From Candidatus Iainarchaeum sp. (GTDB lineage Archaea > Iainarchaeota > Iainarchaeia > Iainarchaeales > JAZDEL01), in the NCBI GenBank assembly GCA_043820655.1, contig JBDRDO010000059.1, positions 1 through 55,949 of the forward strand: 55,949 nt of DNA, in the 5' to 3' direction. The notes beneath the pieces are model-generated. The model was not told the DNA's origin and did no database searches. It saw only the letters and a program-made list of their open reading frames with translations. Shown piece by piece: positions 8,668 through 16,734 of this stretch; the stretch's first letter is position 1, and the number at the start of each line of letters is the position of its first letter. The translations under genes were made by a program, and so were the position numbers.

Positions 8668-10767
8668 ATGGAAAAGAAAATGGTTTTGATTCTAATTGCG
8701 CTGCTTCTTGTGCCGGCAATGGCGCTTGCTGAGCAGTGCGCACTATACAAAGGAAAGGGGGCTTCAACCACGTACGATTTGCTTACGTATGCGGGGCTTG
8801 AGAACGCCCCTGAAAGGATTGATGCATATGCAAGTACGCCGCTTTACACTATTGTCTTTGCGGGGGACACCGTATATGCATACGACAAGTCAACTAACGA
8901 GTGGGACTCGGGAAAGATTTCAGATTATTTCCCGGTAAGCAGGGTTGATGCCGCGATGTACAGCGGCAAGGACGTTGGAACAATAGTTTCCGGGAGATAC
9001 TATTATTACGTGACCGGGCCTTTATGGGAAGGCAAAGGCGCAGAGAGGCTTGGGCACAGCTGGAAAGGGCCCGTTGAACTGAAGAGGGTGGCGATGAACT
9101 ACTGGAAACCCAGGCTGCTGAGCGGCCAGGCGGAGAGTGTTGCGCCATACCCTGTTGCGCCCCAGCTTGCCGCGGCATTCAAGGACCACAGCGGCGTTGA
9201 GCAGCTCTTCATTGCGGATAATGCCCCTGTGAACGGCGTGCGCGGCATAAGGCAGTGGTGGACCGCGGGGCCGAGGGCAAATGTCTGGTTCTATGGGTTC
9301 ATGCCCTACAGGGGAATCGGCGGGGATATAGTGAATATGTCTTCCATTGATGCGATAGAACAGATAGGCAATGTATGGCTGATATTCGGGGAGGGGGACT
9401 GCATGCCCAATGTCAGGAGCGATGAAACCGTTATTGACGTGCTTGAGCATGTCATAGAGGTGCCTTACGAGAAGATACCTGCGGTGGTGAAGAACAGTAA
9501 CGACAAATACTGCGAGCAGGACACGGACTGCAAAAGCATGAACGGCTGCTTTGCAGGGTGCTGGAACGCGCACTTCAAGCCCATCATCAAGAGCGGCAGC
9601 ATATGCCCGACAATGAAGGGACCTGCAAGCTGCGCATGCGTTGAGAACACGTGCATGGCCGGCAAGCCTGGAGACATAACCGACGACCCGGGAACCATAA
9701 CTCCGGGTGTTGAACTGCCCGCATGTGAGGTGCAGTTCACGGACGCGGGATTCCACGGCACGAACAAGACTGTAACTGTAAAGGTGCAGGGAAAGGCTGC
9801 CACAATCAGCAAGGCAATATCAGGATACTACAACTTCGGAACAAGTGACCCGGAAACATGCGATGTATCGGGCAACACGGCATATTGCCCGTGCACGCAG
9901 AACACGAACGACATACGCTACGTGTCCGCGACACTCAAAACAGAAACTGTCAACGGTATAATATATGCGGTTGATGCAGCGGGCAATAAGGTTTGCAGGG
10001 CTGAGAGGGACCCGAAGTACGGCGTTGCAACATACACCTTCCTTGCGGAGGACGGCCTCAAGCGCTGCAACCCCGAGCAGGTTATGGCGGATCGTGTAAC
10101 AGTGAACACTGTGAACGCGAAATTCCATAAGTTAGTTGCGAACTATGTGCTGCAGGGCATTGACCTGACAAACATCGGCACAGAGGCAGCCACGGTCAGG
10201 GACATCAGCGTCCTTTATCCCGAGGTGCTGATAAAGCCCACTGAAGTAAACATGAAATGCAGCGACGGCAGCGAAAAATACTGCAGCTTCAGGCAGCCAG
10301 CGGTAACCGCAACGCCGATGCCGATGGTGGAGCAGTACGCGCTGACGGCAAAGGTCATGGCAGACCCTGCGCAGGCATATGAGATTCCGACGGGAAAGGT
10401 AAGGCCTTTGGAAGTGGCATGGGACCCGAACGCACAGGTTGCGGGAATGCTACACGACATCTCAGTGGTAATCGACTTCATTGACGGCTCATCGCTGGCA
10501 GTGCCGATACCCGATGTTATGGCGGAGGGCTGCACAGACAGCGACGGAGGCAGGGACCTGTTCGAGAAGGGCTATGCAACTGGCAAAAACCCAGCAAGGC
10601 CCACAGAGACAATCTCCGGAGAGGACTACTGCATAACCTCCAGCAATAAGCCGAATACTGCGGTGATGGAATACACATGCAATGGCGAATACCTAGAGAG
10701 CAATGCAATAGCATGCCCCACAAGTAGTACGGGCTGGTGCTCGAACGGCAAATGCACAGAAAAATAA
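8668..10767 (+). CDS. secreted Cys-rich protein (699 aa)
   Basis: GAGGTG lies 7 nt upstream of the ATG. Signal peptide MEKKMVLILIALLLVPAMALA. Many Cys residues. The C-terminal module is CTDSDGGRDLFEKGY...GEDYC...VMEYTCNG...CSNGKC. Confidence 0.8.
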   Translation: MEKKMVLILIALLLVPAMALAEQCALYKGKGASTTYDLLTYAGLENAPERIDAYASTPLYTIVFAGDTVYAYDKSTNEWDSGKISDYFPVSRVDAAMYSGKDVGTIVSGRYYYYVTGPLWEGKGAERLGHSWKGPVELKRVAMNYWKPRLLSGQAESVAPYPVAPQLAAAFKDHSGVEQLFIADNAPVNGVRGIRQWWTAGPRANVWFYGFMPYRGIGGDIVNMSSIDAIEQIGNVWLIFGEGDCMPNVRSDETVIDVLEHVIEVPYEKIPAVVKNSNDKYCEQDTDCKSMNGCFAGCWNAHFKPIIKSGSICPTMKGPASCACVENTCMAGKPGDITDDPGTITPGVELPACEVQFTDAGFHGTNKTVTVKVQGKAATISKAISGYYNFGTSDPETCDVSGNTAYCPCTQNTNDIRYVSATLKTETVNGIIYAVDAAGNKVCRAERDPKYGVATYTFLAEDGLKRCNPEQVMADRVTVNTVNAKFHKLVANYVLQGIDLTNIGTEAATVRDISVLYPEVLIKPTEVNMKCSDGSEKYCSFRQPAVTATPMPMVEQYALTAKVMADPAQAYEIPTGKVRPLEVAWDPNAQVAGMLHDISVVIDFIDGSSLAVPIPDVMAEGCTDSDGGRDLFEKGYATGKNPARPTETISGEDYCITSSNKPNTAVMEYTCNGEYLESNAIACPTSSTGWCSNGKCTEK

Positions 10768-10778
10768 GTTAAGAAAGA

Positions 10779-10811
10779 GGGGCCTTGAAAAAGGCCCCGC
10801 CTCGCTTTTTT
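10779..10811 (+). terminator. stem-loop plus T-run terminator after the 699-aa gene
   Basis: ggggcctt-gaaa-aaggcccc (8-bp stem, GAAA loop) followed by gcctcgctttttt. Confidence 0.55.
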
Positions 10812-11012
10812 GCGCGAAAACGTGCCTTTTTAAACCTTCTTTTTTTATATTGTATATGGAAACAGGCAGTGTTAGGCTGCCTGCTATTTGGTTTGCTCCC
10901 TACGCTTTGGGCGCACTATTCGGCTGTGGTCGAATGTGCCCATTTTGGCGAAAGCCAAAATAGGGTTGGTTGAGCAACCAATATCCCGTAAGGGAAAAAG
11001 GGAAGTGAAAAT

Positions 11013-11777
11013 TTGGGAATATATGACGTTCCGGCGGGCATGCTGATTGATGAGGTAGCGAAGGAGCTGAAGGGCAAGATAGAGGCTCCGCAGTGGACTG
11101 ATTTTGTTAAGACAGGCGTTAATAGGAATAGGGCGCCGCAGAACCCTGACTGGTATTTTGTGAGGGCTGCATCAATTTTATACAGGGTTTATGCCGACGG
11201 GCCTGTTGGCACCGAGAGCCTGAGGTCATATTACGGCGGAAGGCAGAGGCGCGGTGTAAGGACTGAACACTTCAGGAAGGCGAGCGGGAAGATTATAAGG
11301 ACATGTTTGCAGGCGCTTGAAAAGGAAGGGCTGATTAAGAAAGTTGAAAGGGGAAAGGGCAGGACAATTACGGGAAAGGGAGAAAGTTATCTGCACGGCA
11401 GGGCAAAGGTTGTTGCCGAGGGCTTCAAAAAGATACGCGCGGATGAGAATGCGAAGGAAAAGGAGCGCGCTGAAAGGGCATTAAAGGCAAGGGCGGAGGC
11501 TGAGAGGAAGAAACAGGCGCTGAAGATTGCGGAAAATAGGGAGCAGGGCGTGGCGCAGCAAGGAGTAGTGCAGCAGAGCACACCGCAAAAACCAGTTCCT
11601 GTACAGGCGCAAGTGGATAAACAAAAAACCATTCAGGTTCAGAAGCCTTCTGAAAAGGTTGCGGCTAAGCCCGCCGGGAAAGTTGAAGTTAAGGTTGAGG
11701 AAAAAGTTACTATTAAGCCGGAGGAAAAACCAAAGGCCGATGAAAAAAGTATTGGGAAAAAAGAGAAGGGTGAATGA
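11013..11777 (+). CDS. rps19e: ribosomal protein S19e with a ~110-aa Lys/Glu/Ala-rich C-terminal extension
   Basis: YDVPAGMLIDEVAKELKGKIEAPQWTDFVKTG...DWYFVRAASILYRVY...GGRQRRG is the S19e core. TTG start with GGAAGTGA upstream. The tail beyond about residue 140 is low-complexity. Confidence 0.85.
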   Translation: MGIYDVPAGMLIDEVAKELKGKIEAPQWTDFVKTGVNRNRAPQNPDWYFVRAASILYRVYADGPVGTESLRSYYGGRQRRGVRTEHFRKASGKIIRTCLQALEKEGLIKKVERGKGRTITGKGESYLHGRAKVVAEGFKKIRADENAKEKERAERALKARAEAERKKQALKIAENREQGVAQQGVVQQSTPQKPVPVQAQVDKQKTIQVQKPSEKVAAKPAGKVEVKVEEKVTIKPEEKPKADEKSIGKKEKGE

Positions 11778-12070
11778 TGGAGGAACGAGGTGCCGATGCG
11801 GAAGCCGAAAAGCTGCGTGCGGAAAGGCAAAGGCGGCTTGAGGGCGAGATGCAGTTAAGCGCAATGATGAGGAATCTGCTGGATGATGATGCAAGGGAAA
11901 GGCTCAACAATGTGCGGCTTGTAAATTCGGAACTGTATTACAGGGCTGCGCAGGGGGTTGTTTTGGTTGCACAGCAAAGGCGGCAGGGATGGAAAATGAG
12001 TGAAGCGGAAATGAGGGGCTTGCTTGAGAAGTTAAGCGGAAAGCGCGAGACGGTTATAAAACGGAAGTGA
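11774..12070 (+). CDS. PDCD5/TFAR19-like DNA-binding protein
   Basis: ILRNLLDDDARERLNNVRLVN...A-type motif. Conserved position between S19e and L39e in archaea. 4-nt overlap with S19e. Confidence 0.8.
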   Translation: MMEERGADAEAEKLRAERQRRLEGEMQLSAMMRNLLDDDARERLNNVRLVNSELYYRAAQGVVLVAQQRRQGWKMSEAEMRGLLEKLSGKRETVIKRK

Positions 12071-12331
12071 ATGTTTATGAGCCATAAAAGTCAGGAAAAA
12101 AAGGAGTTTTTATCCTCGGCGAGGAAAAAGATAGGACCGGGGCTGACAAACGCGCCTGTATGGGTTATGCAGAAGAAGCAGTCAAGGATATGGAACAAGA
12201 AGCAGAAAAGGCACTGGAGAAGGACAAAGTTAGGGTTGCTTTTCAAAAAGAAACAGGGGGAGCAGGGAAAGTTAAAGAGGATAAAGCCGGGCTCAAAGAA
12301 AAAGGCGGGGAAAAGGAACGGCAGGAGTTAA
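12071..12331 (+). CDS. rpl39e: ribosomal protein L39e with a basic C-terminal extension
   Basis: NAPVWVMQKK...KRHWRRTKLG matches the L39e core (VPxWV...RRHWRRTKL). 86 aa. Confidence 0.75.
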   Translation: MFMSHKSQEKKEFLSSARKKIGPGLTNAPVWVMQKKQSRIWNKKQKRHWRRTKLGLLFKKKQGEQGKLKRIKPGSKKKAGKRNGRS

Positions 12332-12381
12332 CGGTTAAGGAACGGGGCAGGTAAACGCAAGAGGGCATGGGGTGAATTTTT

Positions 12382-12885
12382 ATGAAGGGTGAAGAAGCAG
12401 AATATGTTGTTCCGTTCAGGAAATTGTTTAACCAGCCCGTCCCCTACAGGGCAAGGCGCGCCATACGCGAGCTGAAAAGGTTTGCGGTCAAGCACACGCG
12501 TGTTGAAGAGAGCGAGGTGCTTATTGCTGAAGAGGTTAACAGGGAAGTTTGGAAGAATTCATATAATATCCCGCGCAGGGCCAATGTTATTTTGAGAAAA
12601 AAGGACGGAAAAATTGTTGTTTACCTGCAGGGCGGGAAGCAGTTGGCGGAGGATAAGAAACGCGAGGAGAAGGAGAAGAAGGCGGCGGAGGATAAGAAAA
12701 AGGAGAAGGAAGCCAAGGATAAGGGCAAGAGCGAGGTAAAGTCAGGTGCTGCCGAGCCCAAGGGCGAGGCGCACGGATCACGCGCGGATCCTTCCGCGCA
12801 AGAGGAGAGCAAGAGGCTCGCGGAAAAGAAGATTAAGGAAAAGGCCGCGGAAAAGGCGGACTTTAAGAGGAAAACAGGCAAGTAA
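12382..12885 (+). CDS. rpl31e: ribosomal protein L31e with a Lys/Glu-rich C-terminal extension
   Basis: YVVPFRK...RARRAIRELKRFAVKHT...EVNREVWKNSYNIPRR...V is the L31e core. The tail from about residue 90 is low-complexity. Confidence 0.85.
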   Translation: MKGEEAEYVVPFRKLFNQPVPYRARRAIRELKRFAVKHTRVEESEVLIAEEVNREVWKNSYNIPRRANVILRKKDGKIVVYLQGGKQLAEDKKREEKEKKAAEDKKKEKEAKDKGKSEVKSGAAEPKGEAHGSRADPSAQEESKRLAEKKIKEKAAEKADFKRKTGK

Positions 12886-12897
12886 AGGGTTAGTACA

Positions 12898-13557
12898 ATG
12901 GAAATTGTGAAGGGAACTGTGAGGGCGAGCCCGTATCTCGGGGTTTTTGCGCTTGCGACAGATGATGTTGTTCTGCTGCCAAGGTTTGTTGAGGCAAAGG
13001 AACTGAAGATTATTGAAAAGGCACTTGAGGTTGAGGCAGTAAAGGTTAATATAGTTGAGAGCTCTTTGATAGGTGTGTTTATGGCTGGAATAGGGAAGAA
13101 GGTTGTTGTGCCTGAAATGGCGGAAAGGTCAGAGGTTAAGGCGCTTGAGCACGCGGGGCTTGAGGTTGAGAGCGTTTACTCAACTGCAATAGGAAATCTG
13201 GCGGCATTAAACAGCAAGGGCGGGATTATAAGCCCGTTGATGCCTGAGGCGGAAAAGAAAAGGCTTGAAAACTTTTTCGGGGTTAAATTTACAGGCATGA
13301 CTGTTGCCGGGAGCGATGTGCCGGGGGCGGCAATTGCGGTTACGGAAAAGGGATTTATTGTGCACCCCAATGTTGATGAAAAGGAGTTTAAGAAAATCGG
13401 GAAGATTTTCAGGGTTAACGGCGCGGCAGGCACGGCAAACTACGGGGATGCGTTTGTGGGGAATGACGTTATTGCAAATTCAAAGGGCGTTGTAGTGGGG
13501 GCATATACATCGGGACATGAGCTTATGAGGATTGACGAGGGGCTGAGGGGTGAATAA
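12898..13557 (+). CDS. eif6: translation initiation factor 6 (aIF6)
   Basis: 219 aa with pentein-like repeats (GSPYLGVFALATDD, SSLIGVF, AIGNLAALNSKGG, GTANYGDAFVGNDVIANSKG). Confidence 0.9.
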   Translation: MEIVKGTVRASPYLGVFALATDDVVLLPRFVEAKELKIIEKALEVEAVKVNIVESSLIGVFMAGIGKKVVVPEMAERSEVKALEHAGLEVESVYSTAIGNLAALNSKGGIISPLMPEAEKKRLENFFGVKFTGMTVAGSDVPGAAIAVTEKGFIVHPNVDEKEFKKIGKIFRVNGAAGTANYGDAFVGNDVIANSKGVVVGAYTSGHELMRIDEGLRGE

Positions 13558-13594
13558 AATGGATGATGGAAAGGGAGAGAAAGGCGGGGAAGGA

Positions 13595-13783
13595 ATGAAG
13601 AAATTTGAGGTTCGCGGGACATATCTGGAGAAGGGAATTTATAAGAAGTTTACAAAGAGCATAAGTGCCATTAACGAGGGCGCGGCAAGGGAGTATGCGT
13701 TCAGCAGCATAGGCTCTAACCACGGTGCCAATAGAAGGCAGGTCAAGATTGCGGAAGTGAAAGAATCACAGGAGGCGGAATAA
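13595..13783 (+). CDS. rplX: ribosomal protein LX (L18Ae/eL20-like)
   Basis: MKKFEVRGTYLEKG...FTK.I.A.NE..ARE.A.S.IGS.H resembles LX and sits in the conserved position after aIF6. The track ORF starts at 13550; the internal Met at 13595 is preferred. Confidence 0.65.
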   Translation: MKKFEVRGTYLEKGIYKKFTKSISAINEGAAREYAFSSIGSNHGANRRQVKIAEVKESQEAE

Positions 13784-14223
13784 TGGCGAGGGAAATGAGG
13801 ATTTCAGGTGCGCAGCTTGCGCAGGCATATGAGCAGGAGCGCACGAAGATGGAGGCAATTATAAACAGGCTTAACCAGATTAACAATCTCAGGATGCAGG
13901 TAATGGGTGCTGTGGAGGCGGTTAAGGCGGTTGAAAGTGCGGAGCCGGGAACCAAGATTAAGGTTTCTCTCGGTGCCGGGGCTTATATTGATGCGACCAT
14001 TGACAAGAACAGGGAGATTGACATGTCGCTTGCGGGGAATGTGATGAAGCCCACTGCCGTAGGCAAGGCAAAGGCGGAACTTGAGAAAAGGCTTGCGGAA
14101 CTTGACACTGCCATGGCAAGGGAACAGAAACAGAGGGAAACATCCGCATTGAACCTGAACCAGCTTGCAAGGGCGATTGAGACAATCCAGCGCGATTCAC
14201 AGGCAAGGGCTGCACGACAGTAG
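13783..14223 (+). CDS. pfdA: prefoldin alpha subunit
   Basis: 146 aa. Coiled coil, then beta hairpins (KIKVSLGAGAYIDATI), then coiled coil. TAATG overlap with LX. Confidence 0.8.
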   Translation: MAREMRISGAQLAQAYEQERTKMEAIINRLNQINNLRMQVMGAVEAVKAVESAEPGTKIKVSLGAGAYIDATIDKNREIDMSLAGNVMKPTAVGKAKAELEKRLAELDTAMAREQKQRETSALNLNQLARAIETIQRDSQARAARQ

Positions 14224-14233
14224 TAGGGTCTGC

Positions 14234-15520
14234 ATGTTTGAATTTTTAAAGAAGAAAGTTGCTGCTTTTACAGATAAGGTTAAGGACAGGATTGAGAAAA
14301 AGGGCGGGGTTGAAAAGCCCGCTGCGGAAGAAATTGAAAAACTTCCTGCCGAACCTGTTGGGGAAAAACAAGAAGCACAGCCTGAGCCGCAGGCGGAAGA
14401 AATTATTGAAACTATTCCTGAACCTGAAAAAACTATTGAGGCTGAACTTGAAGCCGAACCTGAAATTGAGGATGAACCAATTCCCGAACCTGTTGAGGAA
14501 CCCGCGGTTGAACATGGGCCAGTTATTGAGCCCACTACTGACCCTGAGCCCGCAGAAGAAATTCCTGTTGATGATGAACCGCTGCCTGAGCCCGATGATA
14601 CGCCGCTGCCCGAACCTAAAGCAAGGGAATTGAAGGCGAAGGTTTCCGTTAAGGGGAAACTGAGGGGCTTTCTTAAGGGCTCTGTGAAGGTTGAGGAAAG
14701 GGATATTTCCGAATTTTTGGAGGAGTTTGAATTTGCACTGCTTGAGGGAGACGTTGAGCAGGAAACCGCGGAGCATATTGTTTCTGAAATAAGGAAGGAG
14801 CTTGTGGGAAAGGAGGTGCCGCGCGGGAAGGATGTTTCCGAATTTTTGAAGCAGGAGCTTAAGAATGTGCTCAGCGCGAGCATGGAAACCGAGGGCAGGG
14901 ATTTGCTTGGCGAGATGCGGGAAAAGAAACCATATGTCATACTATTCCTCGGGCCGAACGGTGCGGGAAAGACAACAAGCATTGCAAAATTAACCCACAT
15001 GCTTCAGGGGAAAGGGAAATCGGTTATATGGGCTGCGGGGGACACATTCCGTGCTGCTTCAATTGAACAGCTTGAGAAGCATGCCGAGAAACTAGGTGTG
15101 CGCGTGGTGAAGCATCAGTATGGCTCGGACCCTGCCGCTGTTGCGTTTGATGCAATAAAGGCAGCGGAGGCGAAGAAGGCCGATGTTGTTATGATTGACA
15201 GCGCGGGAAGGCAGGAAACAAACAAGAATTTAATGGGGGAACTTGAGAAGATTGTGCGCGTGGCAAAGCCCGACCTTAAGGTTTATGTCGGGGAATCATA
15301 CACAGGGCAGGCATTGCTGCAGCAGGCAATGGAATTTAATGAAAAGCTGGGGATTGACGGGTTTATTCTCACTAAAATTGACTGTGATGCAAAGGGCGGT
15401 ACTGCAATCTCACTTTTATACAGGGTGAAGAAGCCGATACTTTTCATAGGCACGGGGCAGGAATACAAGGATTTGCGGGAATTCAAAACTGATTTTATTA
15501 TTGACAGGGTTATTGGCTGA
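14234..15520 (+). CDS. ftsY: signal recognition particle receptor FtsY with a long acidic Pro/Glu-rich N-terminal region
   Basis: NG domain: LFLGPNGAGKTTSIAKL, DTFRAASIEQL, DSAGR, TKIDCDAKGG. Start chosen at MFEFLKKK (14234); the track ORF begins at 14165 inside prefoldin. Confidence 0.9.
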   Translation: MFEFLKKKVAAFTDKVKDRIEKKGGVEKPAAEEIEKLPAEPVGEKQEAQPEPQAEEIIETIPEPEKTIEAELEAEPEIEDEPIPEPVEEPAVEHGPVIEPTTDPEPAEEIPVDDEPLPEPDDTPLPEPKARELKAKVSVKGKLRGFLKGSVKVEERDISEFLEEFEFALLEGDVEQETAEHIVSEIRKELVGKEVPRGKDVSEFLKQELKNVLSASMETEGRDLLGEMREKKPYVILFLGPNGAGKTTSIAKLTHMLQGKGKSVIWAAGDTFRAASIEQLEKHAEKLGVRVVKHQYGSDPAAVAFDAIKAAEAKKADVVMIDSAGRQETNKNLMGELEKIVRVAKPDLKVYVGESYTGQALLQQAMEFNEKLGIDGFILTKIDCDAKGGTAISLLYRVKKPILFIGTGQEYKDLREFKTDFIIDRVIG

Positions 15521-15522
15521 AA

Positions 15523-15927
15523 TTATTTGCTTTTTCCGGCATATTCTTTGGAAAGGGCTTCGAGAATTTCACTTGCCTCTTCCAAATATTTTTTGCGCAC
15601 GTCTGCAGGGGCATTTGAGAGCCCGTAAGAGATGCTTTCAGCGGTTTTTCGGATGTCAACAACTGACACCCCTGCTGGGCCTTTTACCTTTGGGTTTTCA
15701 GACTTGAGGAGTGACATTTTGGCTTCATTGGCTACGCCTATGCCAAAGAGGCCTGAAGGGCCATGTTTGATTGCTGCGGCAATTGCCGCGGCATTTATTC
15801 TGTCTACAAGGTCGCTGAGGCGCATGTGCAGAAATAAACATAGGCGAGTAGGGGGAGTGTATTTGAACTCAGGGCGCACCCTGCTCTTTTCAATCAGGAT
15901 ATTGTGTTTTTTGAAGAAACGCACCAT
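15523..15927 (-). CDS. hypothetical protein
   Basis: Track ORF is 15523..15972. The Met at 15927 lies about 30 nt downstream of TATA-like ACTTATTTATT (minus strand, approx 15955-15965). No family recognised. Confidence 0.45.
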   Translation of the reverse strand: MVRFFKKHNILIEKSRVRPEFKYTPPTRLCLFLHMRLSDLVDRINAAAIAAAIKHGPSGLFGIGVANEAKMSLLKSENPKVKGPAGVSVVDIRKTAESISYGLSNAPADVRKKYLEEASEILEALSKEYAGKSK

Positions 15928-16197
15928 GCATGAATAAGGTTCCTGCGGAATAAATAAGTTTCTGTTTCGCACGGGAAATTTTCCCCCTTAATTCCGCACC
16001 GGAAATCCACTCTCCTTCAAATCCTTTAAAAGGGAGGAAAACGAAGGTATGTACGAGGTGATGCTTTATGATGGAAAGCAGATTGGTAAGGTTTGTAGAG
16101 GCGTATAAAAGGCAGGAAAGAGGCAGGTATGGCACGCTTTACCGCCCACTGCCCTTTTAATTCTTTTGGAAGTGGGATATAAAAGGGTGATTTTGAC

Positions 16198-16488
16198 ATG
16201 AAAATTTCAGAACTTAGTGCACGCAGTGAAATACCTGAGCTTGTGGTTGAGGTGGTTTCCATGGGAGAAACAAGGGAATTTGCCAATGAGCGCGGAAGCG
16301 GAAAGGTGGCAAATGCCGCGGTAAAGGACAGCACAGGCGAGGTAAAAATGAGCCTTTGGAACGAGCAGATAGGCGAGGTCAAGGAAGGGGATAAGATAAA
16401 GATTGAGAACGGCTGGTGCTCGGAATTCAAGGGCGAACTGCAGGTCGGCACAGGCAAAAAGGGCACGATTACAGTTGTTAGCGAGTAG
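16198..16488 (+). CDS. single OB-fold nucleic-acid-binding (SSB/RPA-like) protein
   Basis: 96 aa. The pattern V.V.V..(G)E.REF......G.V.NA.V.D.TGE.K..LW.EQ....EGD.I.I.NG is typical of archaeal single-OB proteins. AGGGTGA SD. Confidence 0.7.
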   Translation: MKISELSARSEIPELVVEVVSMGETREFANERGSGKVANAAVKDSTGEVKMSLWNEQIGEVKEGDKIKIENGWCSEFKGELQVGTGKKGTITVVSE

Positions 16489-16734
16489 GATTGGCGGTTA
16501 AATTTCCGCCGCCTGCTGGCAGGCCTATTACGTCAATCAACGAAGGGAAGAAACCTTTTTAAATAAGTTAAGCCGTAATATATATGCCATTAAGTTATGG
16601 TGAGCAATAAAGGAAAATAAGCAAAGTTAGCGACCGCACTGTCCCCTGATTTTGAAATAGTTTGATTTCCAAAAAGGGAATTGACCTGTTTTCGGGGCAA
16701 GGGGCTGTAAAAAATATTAACGGAGGAGAAATAA

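Noticed and set aside
8339-8771. Minus-strand ORFs (142 and 110 aa) between the pilin-like gene and the 699-aa gene
   Set aside because: They run against the direction of the flanking operon and overlap the SD and start of the 699-aa gene. They are Pro/Ser-rich shadow translations.
9022-9756. 244-aa antisense ORF inside the 8668..10767 gene
   Set aside because: The plus-strand ORF has an SD, a signal peptide and is much longer. The antisense product has no features.
10785-10973. 62-aa ORF in the intergenic region upstream of S19e
   Set aside because: It starts inside the terminator hairpin and spans the TATA box and the hairpins. It has no SD and an implausible composition.
12160-12354. 64-aa alternative-frame ORF within the L39e tail
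   Set aside because: The Lys/Glu-rich low-complexity sequence keeps a second frame open. The L39e frame contains the conserved core.
14197-15000. Long antisense and alternative-frame ORFs across the FtsY N-terminal region (14197..15000, 14246..14776, 14259..14633)
   Set aside because: The low-complexity GAA/CCT-rich coding sequence keeps several frames open. Only the FtsY frame continues into recognisable NG-domain motifs.
16597-16649. Possible C/D-box sRNA (AUGGUGA ... CUGA, about 52 nt apart) in the TRAM gene leader
   Set aside because: The C box is imperfect, no internal D'/C' boxes are present and there is no terminal stem. It is too weak to call.
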